From Camelus dromedarius (Eukaryota): a DNA stretch of 64,000 nt. The first letter of the stretch is position 1, and every line of letters begins with the position of its first letter. A program made the position numbers and the translations under genes. The stretch is from positions 30,692,001 to 30,756,000 of the forward strand of contig NC_087437.1 in assembly GCF_036321535.1 (NCBI RefSeq), written 5' to 3'. Below are positions 39,409 through 52,435 of the stretch, in pieces. Below the pieces are notes generated by a model. That model did not search any database. It was not told the origin of the DNA and was given only the letters and a program-made list of their open reading frames with translations.

Positions 39409-42400
39409 AAGTGAAAAAGAGAACAAGTTGCATGTGAGAATGGGGAAAGGTCCCAGCAATATGAATGTTAGAACAGGAAAATAAATAATGTATTGAATAA
39501 ATGAGTGTAAACTTGGAATGAATTATGTCCAGAAGACAAGAATAAAGGAGGAGCACAAAACGACGGCATTAAGCAAGCACAGCCAATAAAGACATTTAAA
39601 AATAGAAAAAGATAAGTAGCCAGAAACCACAGAATTATCAAACTGAATCGTTCAACCAAGAAACACTATGTCCAGTCTCTTAATCTTGACCTGTTCCTAA
39701 ATGAATCCACTTTCCATTCTGTTACTACTCATTATCATATGCCAATTTCCACCCTTTTAAAATGCAGTGACCAAAACTGAACTCTCTTCAAATAAGGGCC
39801 ATATCCGCCCGCTGAATCGGAAGAGAATGTGAGTAACCAGTGTTAGCAGACTGTGGCTGACTATCAACAACTTTAGAACTTTCATCAGTTTGCTGCTCTC
39901 CACCATCTTCAGGGCTTCTGCCAAGCCTGCCAGTGTTTGTATTGCTTTGTTTTTGTTCTTAATGACAATTCTCTGAGCTTAGAATGAGAAAAATCACAGA
40001 AAGCATCGTAGGAAGATCCCCTAACCCAACACAAAGGGGAAGAAACTGCTCCAAGACCTTACAGCTCATGTATGTCTGAGCCAGAGTAACACCAACCACT
40101 GAGTCTTATCTTCTTGGACTTGCATGTGGCTTAAAAATCAGATACATTCTAGATTTTATTTCTATGAAACAACAAAGGAAAATTAGAAAACTGGGGCAAA
40201 GAAGTCTAAAAATAAAAAGTCAGACGTTGTGGAGGACAGATCACAACCAGCAAGAGTGAGTGCCCAGAGTAGAAAAAGAAAGAAATGCAAGCCTGAGAAT
40301 GGAATGGCTTTGTTCTTCATTCACTTTATTCTTCCTTTGTTCCTTTGTGCCTACCTTGCTTCCATCCACCACTTCTTCAGGGAAAAAAGGCATGAATTTG
40401 AGACAGAAAAAATTTAAGTAAACAGTGAGAGAATGTGAAATCAAGTTCAGAAGGACTACACATCATGATCAAATAAGAGGAGGACTGATCAACTAAATAT
40501 TTTAAATAAGATGAAAATTTAGTGGTAAATAAGGAACTTGAAACATGATCCCTCCTCCTGCCCCGCCTCCACCACCAAAATTTGTATATTCCTATTAATT
40601 AAGCTCCCCATGTCTGCTTTCTTTTATTTTCCTAGTTGGTTTCCTGACCTTTCCATTATTCAAAACATCAATGAGAAGCTGAGAAAAGAAATTAGTTAAA
40701 AAGAAAAACAGTAATAATAATACGAAAAGAGAATAAGAATGAAATCACTGAAATTAATCTTAAAGCCTCAGGGGAATGCTCACTGGTATAAGAGGAATTT
40801 AGCTACCAAGTCCAGCTTAGTAACTAAGTAATAGTAGCTAAATAAATAATAGCCGAGGTCCTACCTCACGTTCACACTGGAGGGAGGGGGGCACTCAACA
40901 GGCAGAGGTGGGTTAGGGAATAGCCCACACAATTTATATTTTCCGTCCTTCTCATTGATTACTTAAAAATGCAATTCCCCAGGAAACCTTCCCTACTGAT
41001 GTGACTCCTTTTCTGTATCTGTGCACAAACACACGCTCCTGGAAGGATGCAAACCCACATGCCAAAATACCAAGCACAGTTCTCTCTGACAAGTGAGAAA
41101 GACAAAGAGACATTTCACTTCGTACATAATATAGATCAATACTGCTTGTTTCCTTAAACAGTCATTGGGTGTAACTTCAGACATTCAAAATGAAGAATAA
41201 AAAGGGCAAATAATGACAAACTTTGACATGAGGGGGAACTGTGCAAAGAGAAACTGTAAAAGAAAGTGACAAAACTGTCCTTTAAAGTTGTCTTTTACAT
41301 CATCCCTTTTTTTCTCTCCCCACTGATTTTGTATTGACATTCAAGAGGGGGGTGCCTCAGACCCCTGCTTGTATATTCTCTCAAGTTTTATCTTTTCATA
41401 CCCTCCCTGGGGAAAAAAAAAACCAGAAAATACTGCCATCAGTTTTAAAGAAAAGCAAGAAGCAACCCGGTCACTGGATTAGACAAAACCCTTACGTTAC
41501 ACACATCTACCACCATGACTTACTCCTTAAACAGATCGATAGAAACTATCATTTACCTTTCTTCAAAGAGACAGCTCAAGTAACTCTAGCTCACTCATGG
41601 CAGCTTTTGTTTTGCTGACAAGTAATTAGAGACAGTAACAGATCATTTGTCAAAACTTCAATGACTAGTTGATGGCCTTGATTTGCCTGAACCAATTTCT
41701 CAAGGAGACTCCAGGACTCTGTCTTTGGCTATTGAATCAGTCTTCCACAGCACTGCTTTTTTTTCCTTAAATATCATTATTTTTTCCTAAAATACTACTT
41801 CTGCTTCTTAAAATACTACTTTTATTATCACCCATTCACTCCCAAGCTTACCATCCTCTCCCCTTCATTAGATGCAGACCCAACACTCAAGGAGGTATCG
41901 AAAACCTCATGTGATCTGGTCCCTCCCTAAACCATTCTTAGCCCAGTGCTTCCCTCCCCCACCCCCCATGTAATCTACCACACATTCTTCTTTCTGTCTT
42001 CCTCAGGAAGTCCTCATTTGCAGGTTCATTTATTCAAGGGAATGTCAGGACAACCTGTCGGCTGGGGAAAGGCATCTGCAGAAAGCAGAAGTTAAACTGA
42101 GATGCCTGTACAGAGACACCAGAAAACTTTTTACAGAGAAGCCAATGGATGGCTTCCTGCCTACATAGCTGACCACCTCCAGGAAAATAGTAATATCACT
42201 AAGAGGGGGAATGCGACTGCAGTCAGGCTCCAAAGTCAGCCAACAGGATTCAAATGTCACCTCTACCAATTGCCACATGACCTAGGGCAAGTTAATTCTC
42301 TCTCTCTGCACATCAAATTCCACACCTCAAAGCTATACTCGCCTCACTGAGATGTGATGAAGACTGCTAGTTGTCAAATTATCGGGTACTCAGTTTTCTC

Positions 42401-42479
42401 TAATGAATTGGATGCTGTCATCTGGTAGAGAAATCTCCAGAACCTGTCCTTTTCCTCAGATACCATCTTCTGAAGCAGT

Positions 42480-43560
42480 ACCCTTAATTTAAATTATCTT
42501 AGGCAATTACCTTGCTCCAGTGTGCATTTATACAGTCAAAATAATATAAATGTATGCAGTCATAGTATATAAACTTTGATTACTGGTAATAAACTTTTAA
42601 AATCAACCTATGATCAAAACATGGAATGAGTAATTATGAATACAGAGAAAGAATGAAAAAATTACTATATGGAGGAAAAGTCAGGGATGACCGAAAGGAT
42701 TGGTAGAAGCGAGTGCCGGGACCACGACACAGAGTATTTCTATTTGGCAGAGCAGGAAACACAAAGTACAAGTGAATGGTCACGAAGTTATGAAGGTAAG
42801 CAATAGAGTATCTGAAAGAGACATGGTGGTGGTACAGGTGAGTTAGTTCCTCATCCACCACAGAATAAAATCAATAGATAATATCAAAAATTGAGTATCA
42901 TTAAGTAGTAGCATAAGTACACGTTTAGAGATACAAAAGTAACATTATGACCCTATAAAAACAATAGTAAAAAAGTTAAAAGTAGTTTATTTAGAAAAGA
43001 GGTAGAAGGGCTGAGAGGGAACTCTGCTTTTTGTACTAATTCTCCTGTACCACTGTGGTTAAATTTTAACTACTTTCAAAAACAAGAAAATGTAACTGAA
43101 AGGAGATCTATTCACAATACCAACTAAAACCACTATAATTAAACCTGGCAAGAAGTGTGGACAACGTGCATGAAGAAAACTCTCAACCTTCAGTGACATA
43201 AAAAGAAGACCTACCATGGTGCAGTCTACTGTGTTCCTGAAAGGGTGGGCTCAGTACCTTAATGCTGGTGGTTCTCCTCAGTTATTCTATAAATGCAACG
43301 CAGTTCCAACCAAAAATGCCCCCAAAATTACTTTTGGGACTAGACAGGCTATTTCTAAAATTCATCTGGAATAGTAAATACATGAAAAGAGCCAAAAATT
43401 TTTGAATAAGAACAGTGATGGAGTGATGGAGAACTCGCCCTAACAGATGGTTCAAGAAACAGACTGAAAGATCAGTGGAATAGAACAAAGTACACAGCAC
43501 CATGAGTATCATCTTTTCATTAAATAATAGCCATTTTTTTTTGAAATAGCCATTTTCAAC
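42480..43560 (+). mobile_element. Ancient L1 (L1MC/L1ME) fragments
   Basis: gagttagttcctcatc...aataaaatcaatagataat, and acaggctatttctaaaattcatctggaatagtaaa (the degenerate ILKFIW region). Confidence 0.55.
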
Positions 43561-43999
43561 AAAAACAAAAGTTAAGTGCCAAGAAATAGCCACCAATCTC
43601 CTTAATGTTTTATCTGGACTGATTATGCAAGCAACATGACAAGACTGAAACCAACATCCCATAAGCTATAAAAGGTGGAGTTGTGTTTCTCTGCACTTCT
43701 GGGGTAAGTAATTTTTGTTGTTGTTGTCTGTAAAAGAAGAATGGAGAGGCTCCAAATTAGGCACAATTCTCTTGAATGGGCAAGCGGTCACAAACTTAAA
43801 GAAGAAATGTTCAATTTCATATAAGGCAATTACATGTAGCTAATTTAGCCCAACTACAGGGCAGTGACTGGATAAAATGTGTATGCAGAGGAAATAGCAG
43901 TGTGAATTCTAGGGCAGCTGTGACCAGGGACAAAGGACACCAATGCAGACCGAGAGCCCAGTGTTTCCTCCCGAAAGAGCATCTCAGCTGAGAGACTTG

Positions 44000-44455
44000 A
44001 GGACCACCATATTCTCACCTGTTTAGTGCAGCAGCCTTCTGGTCTCCCTCATTCTGGCCTTCCCTCTCATCACTCTCTAAACTGTTGTCAGAGAGGTCTG
44101 AAATTCAAATCAGATTCATCTTTCCCCTGCTTAAAACCATCTGCTTTTTTTTTTCCTTGGAGAATGTCCAAATTTCTTACCCGGGACTGTGAGGTCTTTA
44201 TTGGTCCTTGCGCATCCACCTGATATAATCCTTCTTACCCTTCAAGGCTCAGTTCAAATGTCACCTCCAGAAATCCTTTGCTGACTTCTCCATGCTCAAG
44301 ATACCACTGGAATGTTCCTCTATTGTAGTGCTATCTTAATTACAGTGATACGAACGTATCTTTGTACTAGATCATGATTTACTGGAAAAAGAGGTTAATT
44401 TGAATTCACCTTCATATCCCCAATCAGTACCTTGTTTATAAAGCATTCAGTACAT
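44000..44455 (+). mobile_element. L2 3' region
   Basis: cccctgcttaaaacc and cccttcaaggctcagttcaaatgtcacctcc. Confidence 0.65.
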
Positions 44456-44508
44456 CTTTCATATTTGATATATTTGGTTATTAATTACTACCAGTTAAGA
44501 ATTCTACA

Positions 44509-44642
44509 CGATCTTTATCCAGTCATCTGTCGATGAACATTTAGGTTGTTTCCATGTCTTGGCTATTGTAAATAGTGCTGCTATAAACATTGGGGTGCAT
44601 GTATCTTTTTGAATATACTTCAATAAAAGTATATTTTAAAAA
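44509..44642 (+). mobile_element. Minimal twin-primed L1 (about 105 nt inverted plus about 30 nt forward tail)
   Basis: TSD aagaattc(t/c)aca at 44497-44508 and 44643-44654. Inverted catttaggttgtttccatgtcttggctattgtaaatagtgctgc, then tatacttcaataaaa. Confidence 0.85.
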
Positions 44643-47225
44643 AAGAATTCCACAAGAAACTCTCAAATTTCCCCTCCTTAATAATGGCCTCACACAAGAA
44701 ATTCAAATGACATAAGATGAGAGAAACCCCAAGTATCTAAATATTTAGCATCTGCTAAAAGCAAAAATCTGTGTGTTTGAAAAGAGTGGGTCCAGTCATC
44801 ATGATCTGGGAATTGGAGGGCTCAATTCCAGCCAAAGATCTGCTCTGTGTTTTAGAGAAAATTGTGCAGCCTATGTTTTTATCTCCTTAAAAAAAGAGAA
44901 AGATTGCTATGGTTTCTTCCTGCTCTGGGAATCTAGGACTCACTCCTACACTGACATCGGCCCTTCCATAAGGCATTCATACACAGCATGCACACTGCTG
45001 GCATGTAGGTTATACTAAGCCAAGGGGAAAATTAGTAGCAGATGGTACCGAGGTTCTAGGTCAAAGTGCTTTTGATTTGCACTCCAGAACAAATACAAAT
45101 TCTTTTCAACTAAAGTAGACAAAAGATGTATTATCCTTATTTCCATGACTATATCATTTTCCATTTCTGTAGTCCTCTGCCATCTTCCAAATGCTTTCAG
45201 AGACATTGTACCAGTAATCCTTATAACAACCTTGTGAAGTAAGCAAGAACGTAGTGTTATCTTGTTACTAAAAAGGAAATTGGGGTTTCTAGACATGGCA
45301 AGATTATAAACCACTTGCCTTATGTGCAATTCAGGTCCATTACATATTCAGTGTTGTTTTAAGAATCAATAAGATGCCTTCTAATTTGGAGGTTTAGTAC
45401 GTTGGATTAAACTATGAGGCAAGTAATAACAGTAATAATAATTTCCTAAGGATATGCTTAAACACAAGTTATAGGAGCAGACATGAGTTTTACACCTACT
45501 AGTTTTAAGACTAAGAATATACCAGCAAAACTCAGGTTTCCTCTCCTTGGTCTTCCTGGCTCCAAACGAACATTTTTCAACTTTGTTTCCCCATAAATTG
45601 AAATCACTTCCACTAACATTACTGCTTAATAATGCAACTCAGATTTCATGAGAATTCAGAACCTATTAATTTCACACACTTGGAAGTGGAGTTGATCTGT
45701 ATAATTTAAGAGGTTCTACTTAAAATTGAGCTGAAATTCATAAGAAAGATTTATTAAAAAGTCTTGCTACCCTAAGATGATTTTAATACGAAGATGGACA
45801 GTCAATAAAGAAAATTTTTCACTTGACAAAATAAATCATTAAGATGAATAATTGAAACTCTATTAAGTAAAATATAAAATACATGCTCATTTTAAGAATC
45901 TCTAGTAAAACCATCTGTATATGACTACACCTACCTTCAAACAAGATACGTTACATACATCAACTTTAAAACATTATATGACTAGAAAAATTCATTCAAA
46001 TTTCCATAATGTTTAAGAATTACAGCTTAATTTTGACTGTAATCCTAAAGATTACTTTATGTGGTAAAAGTAATAGAAGTCATTTCATCATTACTTCCAT
46101 GATCTGTAAAGCAAGACAATTCCGATAGTTTGCTATGCAATTCAGTGGACTCCCACATTCAGCATACAAAAGAGTTTCCATATACATTAGAACTCTAAAT
46201 GGAAAATCCTTCTGACAAACCGCATACTGAGTAAGCCAAGTCCTACCCTGTTTGTATAAAAGCTCCTTCCTAAGGGTTAGAAAACTCATCTATACTCAGA
46301 AAACCTCAACCAAGGTTCAATTTGTATTTCAAATAAAAAGCAAGCATCCATGCTGGTTCTGTGAACCTGACACATTGAAGGGGATACCACCAACTAGCAA
46401 CAACCTGGAGACAGGCTCTCAGCTGGAGCACTGACATGATAAAGTTACATCGGAGTAGACACACATGAATAATCTGAAATGACAGACAAATTTCAGTTTG
46501 GAGGTAAGTTTGGAAGACATTCCTTGACAGGCCATTTATTCTGTCTGGCCAGGCAGGAACAGTTCTTATAATTCAAAAGCAATCTCCATGTATTTTAAAT
46601 TTCTGGTCTCCTAACTCATACTTGAGAATGTTTCTTTCGTGCCACAAGAGCTGACAAGACAGGCTCTCGGAACATGATCCGTGGATTCTGCCTCCATTTT
46701 ATCCATGCTGAATACCTATGTCATTTCATTTTCAAAAACTAATCATTTTCATTAATCATGACTTTCTTTAATTGATACAAATTGGGAATGATTTTGTCCA
46801 GATTATTGTAGGAAGTTAAAATAGAGCTTTAACCCTCATTATTCAAACTAAGACTGGACAATGTTTAAATTAAAACCCACTATTTCTAAGTAGCAGACAA
46901 ATGAGATTTTTTAAGCCTGTCTGTATCCTTGACTTAAAATCTAAGAATGCAAATGGTTTTGTCACTGATCACTTTATTATAATGAAACACTTCCAATTTG
47001 TCAGCATGCAAATTCTACCATTATCAAAGTTCATAATGGCAAGAAAAAAGACTTATCTAATCAAAAATAGTTTGTTAATTTTTCATCTCATATTGAAATA
47101 TAATATCTCAAATATGTTGTCAAGAATTCAAATAAATCTTCAAAACATGAAATAAAACAAGAAATGTATAGCATCTTTTACTAGGACTATTACACTTACC
47201 TTAAAATTGGTAGTATGACTCTTAC

Positions 47226-47268
47226 CTTTTTCTGGACTTAAGTTTTTATACACTTCAAGGTCTGCCAT
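47226..47268 (-). CDS. PLCH1: First coding exon of phospholipase C eta 1 (MADLEV N-terminal isoform), 43 nt, phase-1 donor
   Basis: The reverse complement reads ATG GCA GAC CTT GAA GTG TAT AAA AAC TTA AGT CCA GAA AAA G|GTAAGAG = MADLEVYKNLSPEK + G. This matches the recalled human PLCH1 N-terminus MADLEVYKNLSPEKVERCMSVMQ, with the split G starting the Val codon. The GT donor is at 47225-47224. Confidence 0.93.
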
Positions 47269-47950
47269 TAAATTTAATACTGTTACACATTATTGGCAAG
47301 AGCAGTAAAATTTCTCTCTAAAGGCAAAGCCTTTTCCTGATACACATCTCCAAAAAGGAAAAAGGGAAAAAAAGGCAAAGAAATCCTTAGCAGCCCCAAG
47401 AACTTGACTCATGCTGCCCTTTATGGCATGATGAGATCTTCACAATTCAGGCTTTACAGTGTGGAAAAAATAAATCCATGAGATATGATTATAGAACTTT
47501 GTCCCAAAGTGAAAAGCACAGCCAGATAAGAACACTGGAAGCATCTGCTCAGGGCTGCCGCTATTGTGGGAATGCAGGCGCTGTGGCTACTTTGGGTATG
47601 AGACATGCATGCTTACAGCAGCGCTTAAAGCCCTCAAGGCATTATGCACATTTAATGTCTGGGAAGTGTAGATCTTTAACCATCAAAGAAACCCTCCTCA
47701 CCTACAGAGGCCATTGAGAAACATTGATTACCATGGTAGTGACGCAGGCTGAATGCAAAAATTGAATGCACGCACACACACAGAAGCACACACACAGAAG
47801 CACACACACAGACACGCACACTCTCTCGGAAGCAAACAACACTCCATTTGCGGCAAAAACAATCCACTGAAGAATAAGCTACGTGTGGTCCTCTACATCA
47901 CATGCCGCATTTGTGCCGGTCAGGTTAAGCACGTGTGTATTGACAGTGTT
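47269..47950 (-). promoter_or_regulatory. PLCH1: Putative 5'UTR and alternative promoter of the MADLEV isoform
   Basis: No recognised interspersed repeats immediately upstream of the ATG. It contains AP-1 TGACTCA (47405-47411), a CArG-like CCCTTTATGG, an imperfect CA tract (~47770-47822), E-box CACGTG (47930-47935) and retained CpGs. The TSS cannot be placed from sequence. Confidence 0.5.
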
Positions 47951-48714
47951 GAAGCTTTTCCTTGATTTCTGTCCTGATTCCACACACAAATACAGCAATC
48001 ATCACAGAAAGGACAGGAGTGTTTCCAACTTAGAATTTATGAGGTTACAGTTACAAAACACTTGGGCAGTGAGGGCTACTTCTCAGTAAAAGATCACATC
48101 CCCGTGGGCAAGGTAGGTAGCATGAATGAGTCTGAAAAAGCCAGTTTTAGTGAATGAATCACTGTGTTATCAGAATACAATTTTCCCTGAAGTACATAAA
48201 AGCATTATTTGCATGTTTTAATCAACTTAATAGACTGGTAGATAGGTAGATACTTCAAAAGCAATTTACTGTCGTCTTGCATTTAAGTGCTATAACTAGT
48301 TCTCTCCATCCTGAGGGTTCATTCCCTTACTCTCAAAATTTTCTGTCTAATATCAACAGCTCTTACTATTTTCTTCTCCCCAGCTTCAGCTGTGGCCCCT
48401 GTGACTCCCAATACTTCCCATGCCGGTGTCAACCCCTTTACTCTATTCCCATCAGGACCACCCAGCCCAGACTGCCAAACCGGCCTTCTCCTCTAAGGTG
48501 CCAAGCTTTACGCCAGCTCCCATTCACCAGTTTCCCAAATGGCATACCTCTCAGCCATTTTGCAAACCCTACAATTCACTCTTAAATACTTGAAAGAAAT
48601 TTGAATTTCAAAGGTGTGGTGGGGGTACATATAATTAAAATAGCCTTCCAGCAAGATTTTATCTGACATACATACATACACAACTATACAAAACAGCAGA
48701 TAAACTTTTTGAAC

Positions 48715-48890
48715 CCATTTGCCTAGGTTCAAATCCTTAACTCTGCCACCAACTAGATGTGTGATCTTGGGCAAGTCACTTAAATTCTCTGCTCCCTGGT
48801 TTCTTTATTTGTACAGGAGGCATAATAATAGTTTCCACTTTCAAGTGTTATTGCAAAATTTTAATACACAGGAAGTGCTTAGACTCACAA
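48715..48890 (+). mobile_element. MIR SINE
   Basis: gcctaggttcaaatcc..ctctgccacc..tgtgtgatcttgggcaagtcacttaa. Confidence 0.85.
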
Positions 48891-50040
48891 TTATTTTATA
48901 TTATCATTGTTATAAAATTGTTATTAGCCTTGAAACCCTTTACATCGACCCAGAAAAGCAGTGGATTTCATTGTTTAATCTATTCAGTACTTTGAGCACA
49001 CAGTGGCACCCCAAAATATGAGATATCTCAGAAATACTCCTGTGAAATAATTCAAATGATTAATACTCCTAGATAGTCTTATACAAAAAGACAATGGTGT
49101 TTCTGTAACATAATTGGCACCAAGTGATGATTTTCTAGTTCCTTTAGCTTCCCACAACCAAAGCAACCTCAAAAGCAAAAGGCATCCTTGGGGCCATTTC
49201 CCAGTCAATCCAGAAAAGAAATGGAAACCCAAGTGCTCCCAAGGAAGGCTTGGAAAACCCCTATTCTTTTTTTCTTTCCTTCTGAAGATTCCCCCACAGC
49301 AATTTTGTGATGCCAACAGAAGGGAGGCTCACGAGAGGGAAGGTGGCAAACTACTGCTCCTCCTCCTCATGCACAGGGAGTCTTTTCCTCCAGACAAGGA
49401 CTCCATCCCTCTCACCCTCAAAGCTCCCCAGGATCCTCCCCGGAAAAGCTGGTGTACTGATCAGACGTGGAGCCCCACACCACAGCAAGGGCCAGTGCCT
49501 CAGGTGTATCCTGAATGGTTCTAAGGCACCTTCAAGGGCCAGGCCAGGCACCCAGCCTGAGCACTCAGCAGCTGCACAGGGCAGGTAGGCAAGCTTCTGA
49601 GAAGGAGGCATGGCCCTGAGTATACATTTGACCAGCAAGGAACACTTAGGACTTTCTGAGAGCTCAGAAACACCCACCCCTTATTAAATATCTAATTCTT
49701 CAGCAGCAGCAAATAACCTACACAGTCCATTAAAAAAAAATCATGACCACCTAATGTAAGGTCAGCAGGGGCACTGGATGAAGATTCCATCACCCCTGAT
49801 GACTCCCCCAGTATTCTCCCAGCAGACGGTCATAGATAATATCAATTCTAGGCCAACAGGCTTTGGCTGGGGGCAATGGGTCTTCCCCTGATGGGTCACC
49901 TCAACAAACAGACAGCTTTAGGATCTTTAACTTCCTACCTGAAACCCTCATTTGAAAAGACCAGGGCTTTTTTCACATAAGTTAGTCTAGCACAGTACTT
50001 GGCATGTAGTAAATATCTTTTATTAGTTTTCTCCATTTTT

Positions 50041-52435
50041 TTCATTTTCATATTATTTTTCATTATTGGTTACTACAAGATATTGAATATAGATAGCTCC
50101 CTGTGCTATACAGAAGAAACTTGTTGTTTATCTATTTTATATATAGCAGTTAGTATCTGCAAATCTCTAACTCTCAATTTATCCCTTCCCACTCTCTTTA
50201 CCCTCTGGCAACCGTAAGTTTGTTTTCAATGTCTGTGAGTCTGTTTCTGTTTTATAAATAAGTTCACTTGTGTTTTTGTTTTTTGGTTTTTGGTTTTTGG
50301 TTTTTTTAGATTCCACATATAAGTGATATGTGGTGTTCTTCTTCTCTTTCTGGCTTACTTCACTTAGAATGACATTCTCCAGGTCCATCCATGTTGCTGT
50401 AAACGGCATTATTTTACTCTTTCTTATAGCTGAGTAGTATTCCCTTGTATAAATATACCACAGCTTCTTTACCTAGACATCTGTCGACGGACATTTAGGT
50501 TGCTTCCATGTCTTGGCTATTGTAAATAGTGCTGCTTTGAACACTGGGGTGCATGTATCTTTTCAAATTAGAACTCCCTCTGGATACATGCCCAGGAGTG
50601 GGATTGCTGGATCATATGATACGTCTGTTTTTAGTTTTTTAATGTACCTCCATCCTGTTTTCTATAATGGATGCACCAAACTACATTCCCACCAACGGGA
50701 ATGTAGGAGGGCTCCCTTTTCTCCACAGCCTCTCCAGCATTTATCGTTTGTGGACTTTTAAATGATGGCCACTCTGACTGGTGTGAGGTGACACCTCATT
50801 GCAGTTTTGATTTGTATTTCTCTGATAATTAGCAATATTGAGCATTTTTTCATGTGTCTATTGGCCATTTGTATGTTGTCTTCACTGGCTGCTTGTTTAG
50901 ATCTTCTGCCCATTTTTGGATTGTTTTGGGGTTTTTTTTGTTATTAAGTTGTACGAGCTGTTTATATATTCTGTTTGTATATGACACATAAAAAAGATTA
51001 AACACTATGATCAAGTTAGGTTCATCCCACGGACATAGGAATGGTTCAACATATGCAAATCAAACAATGTGATATACCATGTCAACAAAAGAAAAGACAA
51101 AAATCACATGATCATGTCAATAGATGCAGAAAAAGCATTTGATAAATTCAACACCAATTTATGATAAAAACTCTTACTCTTATGGGTATAGAGGGAACAT
51201 ATCTCAACATAATAAAAGCTATTTATGACAAACCTACAGCCAACATAATACTCAACAGTGAAAAGCTAAAATCCTTTCTGCTAAAATCTGGAACAAGACA
51301 AGGATGCCAACTCTAACCACTTCTATTCAAGTCCTAGCCATGGCGATTAGACAAGAAAAAGAAATGAAAGGGATCCAAATTGGAAGAGAAGAAGTAAAAC
51401 TGTCACCATATGCAGATGATACGATACTATATATAGAAAACCCCAAAGGCTCCATACAAAAACTACTAAAGCTCATAAAAGAATTCAGCAAGGTTGCAGG
51501 ATACAAGATTAACATACAGAAATCAGTTGCATTGTTACTAATAATGACATACCAGAAAAGGAAAGTAAAGAAACAATCCCTTTTAAAATCACATCCAAAA
51601 AAAACTTAGGAATAAATCTGATCAAGGAAGTGAAAGACTTATATGTGGCGAACTACAAAACACTGATTAAGGAAATTAAACATGACTTAAAGAATGGAAA
51701 GATATGTTATGCTCCTGGATTGGAAGAATTAATATTGTTAAAATGGCCATACTACCCAAAGCAATCTACAGATTTAATGCGATCTGTATCAAATTACCTG
51801 GGACATTTTTCACAGAACTAGAACAAATAATCCTAAAATTTATATGGAATCACAAAAGACCCAGAATTGCTAAAGCAATACTGAAGAAAATGAACAAAGC
51901 TGGAGTAATAACCCTCCCAGACTTCAGACAATATTACAGAGCTACAGTAATCAAAACAGCATGGTATTGGCACAAAAACAGACATGGATCAATGGAACAG
52001 AATAGAGAGCCCAGAAATAAACCCACAGACTTGTGGTCAATTAATCTTTGACAAAGGAGGCAAGAACACACAATGGAGTAAAGACAGTCTCTTCAGCAAG
52101 TTGTGTTGGGAAAACTGGACAGCCGCATATAAATCAATAAAGTTAGAACACTCCCTCACACCATACACAAAAATAAACTCAAAATGGCTTAAAGACTTAA
52201 ACATAAGACAAGACACTATAACCTCCTAGAAGAAAACACAGGCAAAACAGTTTCTGACATAAATCTTAGCAATGTTCTCCTAGGCAGGAAACAGAAATAA
52301 AAGCAAAAATAAATAAATGAAATCAAATTAAATTTACAAGTTTTGCACAGCAAAGGAAACCACAAGCAAAATAAAAAGCCTACGGATTGGAAGAAAATAT
52401 CTGCAAATGATGAGACTGACAAGGGCTTTATTTCC
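50041..52435 (-). mobile_element. Young L1 with a 1.45-kb 5' inversion (twin priming)
   Basis: 16-bp TSD agttttctccattttt at 50025-50040 and 52436-52451. Minus-strand 3' part 50041-50973, plus-strand ORF2 part ~50984-52435 ([17 protein letters not shown]). Confidence 0.95.

Larger units (their letters stand above)
1..47225 (-). other. PLCH1: Large PLCH1 intron downstream of the MADLEV exon; it continues beyond the left edge
   Basis: The donor is at 47225, and I could not find the next exon (VERCMSVMQSG...) in the window. The region is repeat-rich and young L1s are antisense to the gene. Confidence 0.8.
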
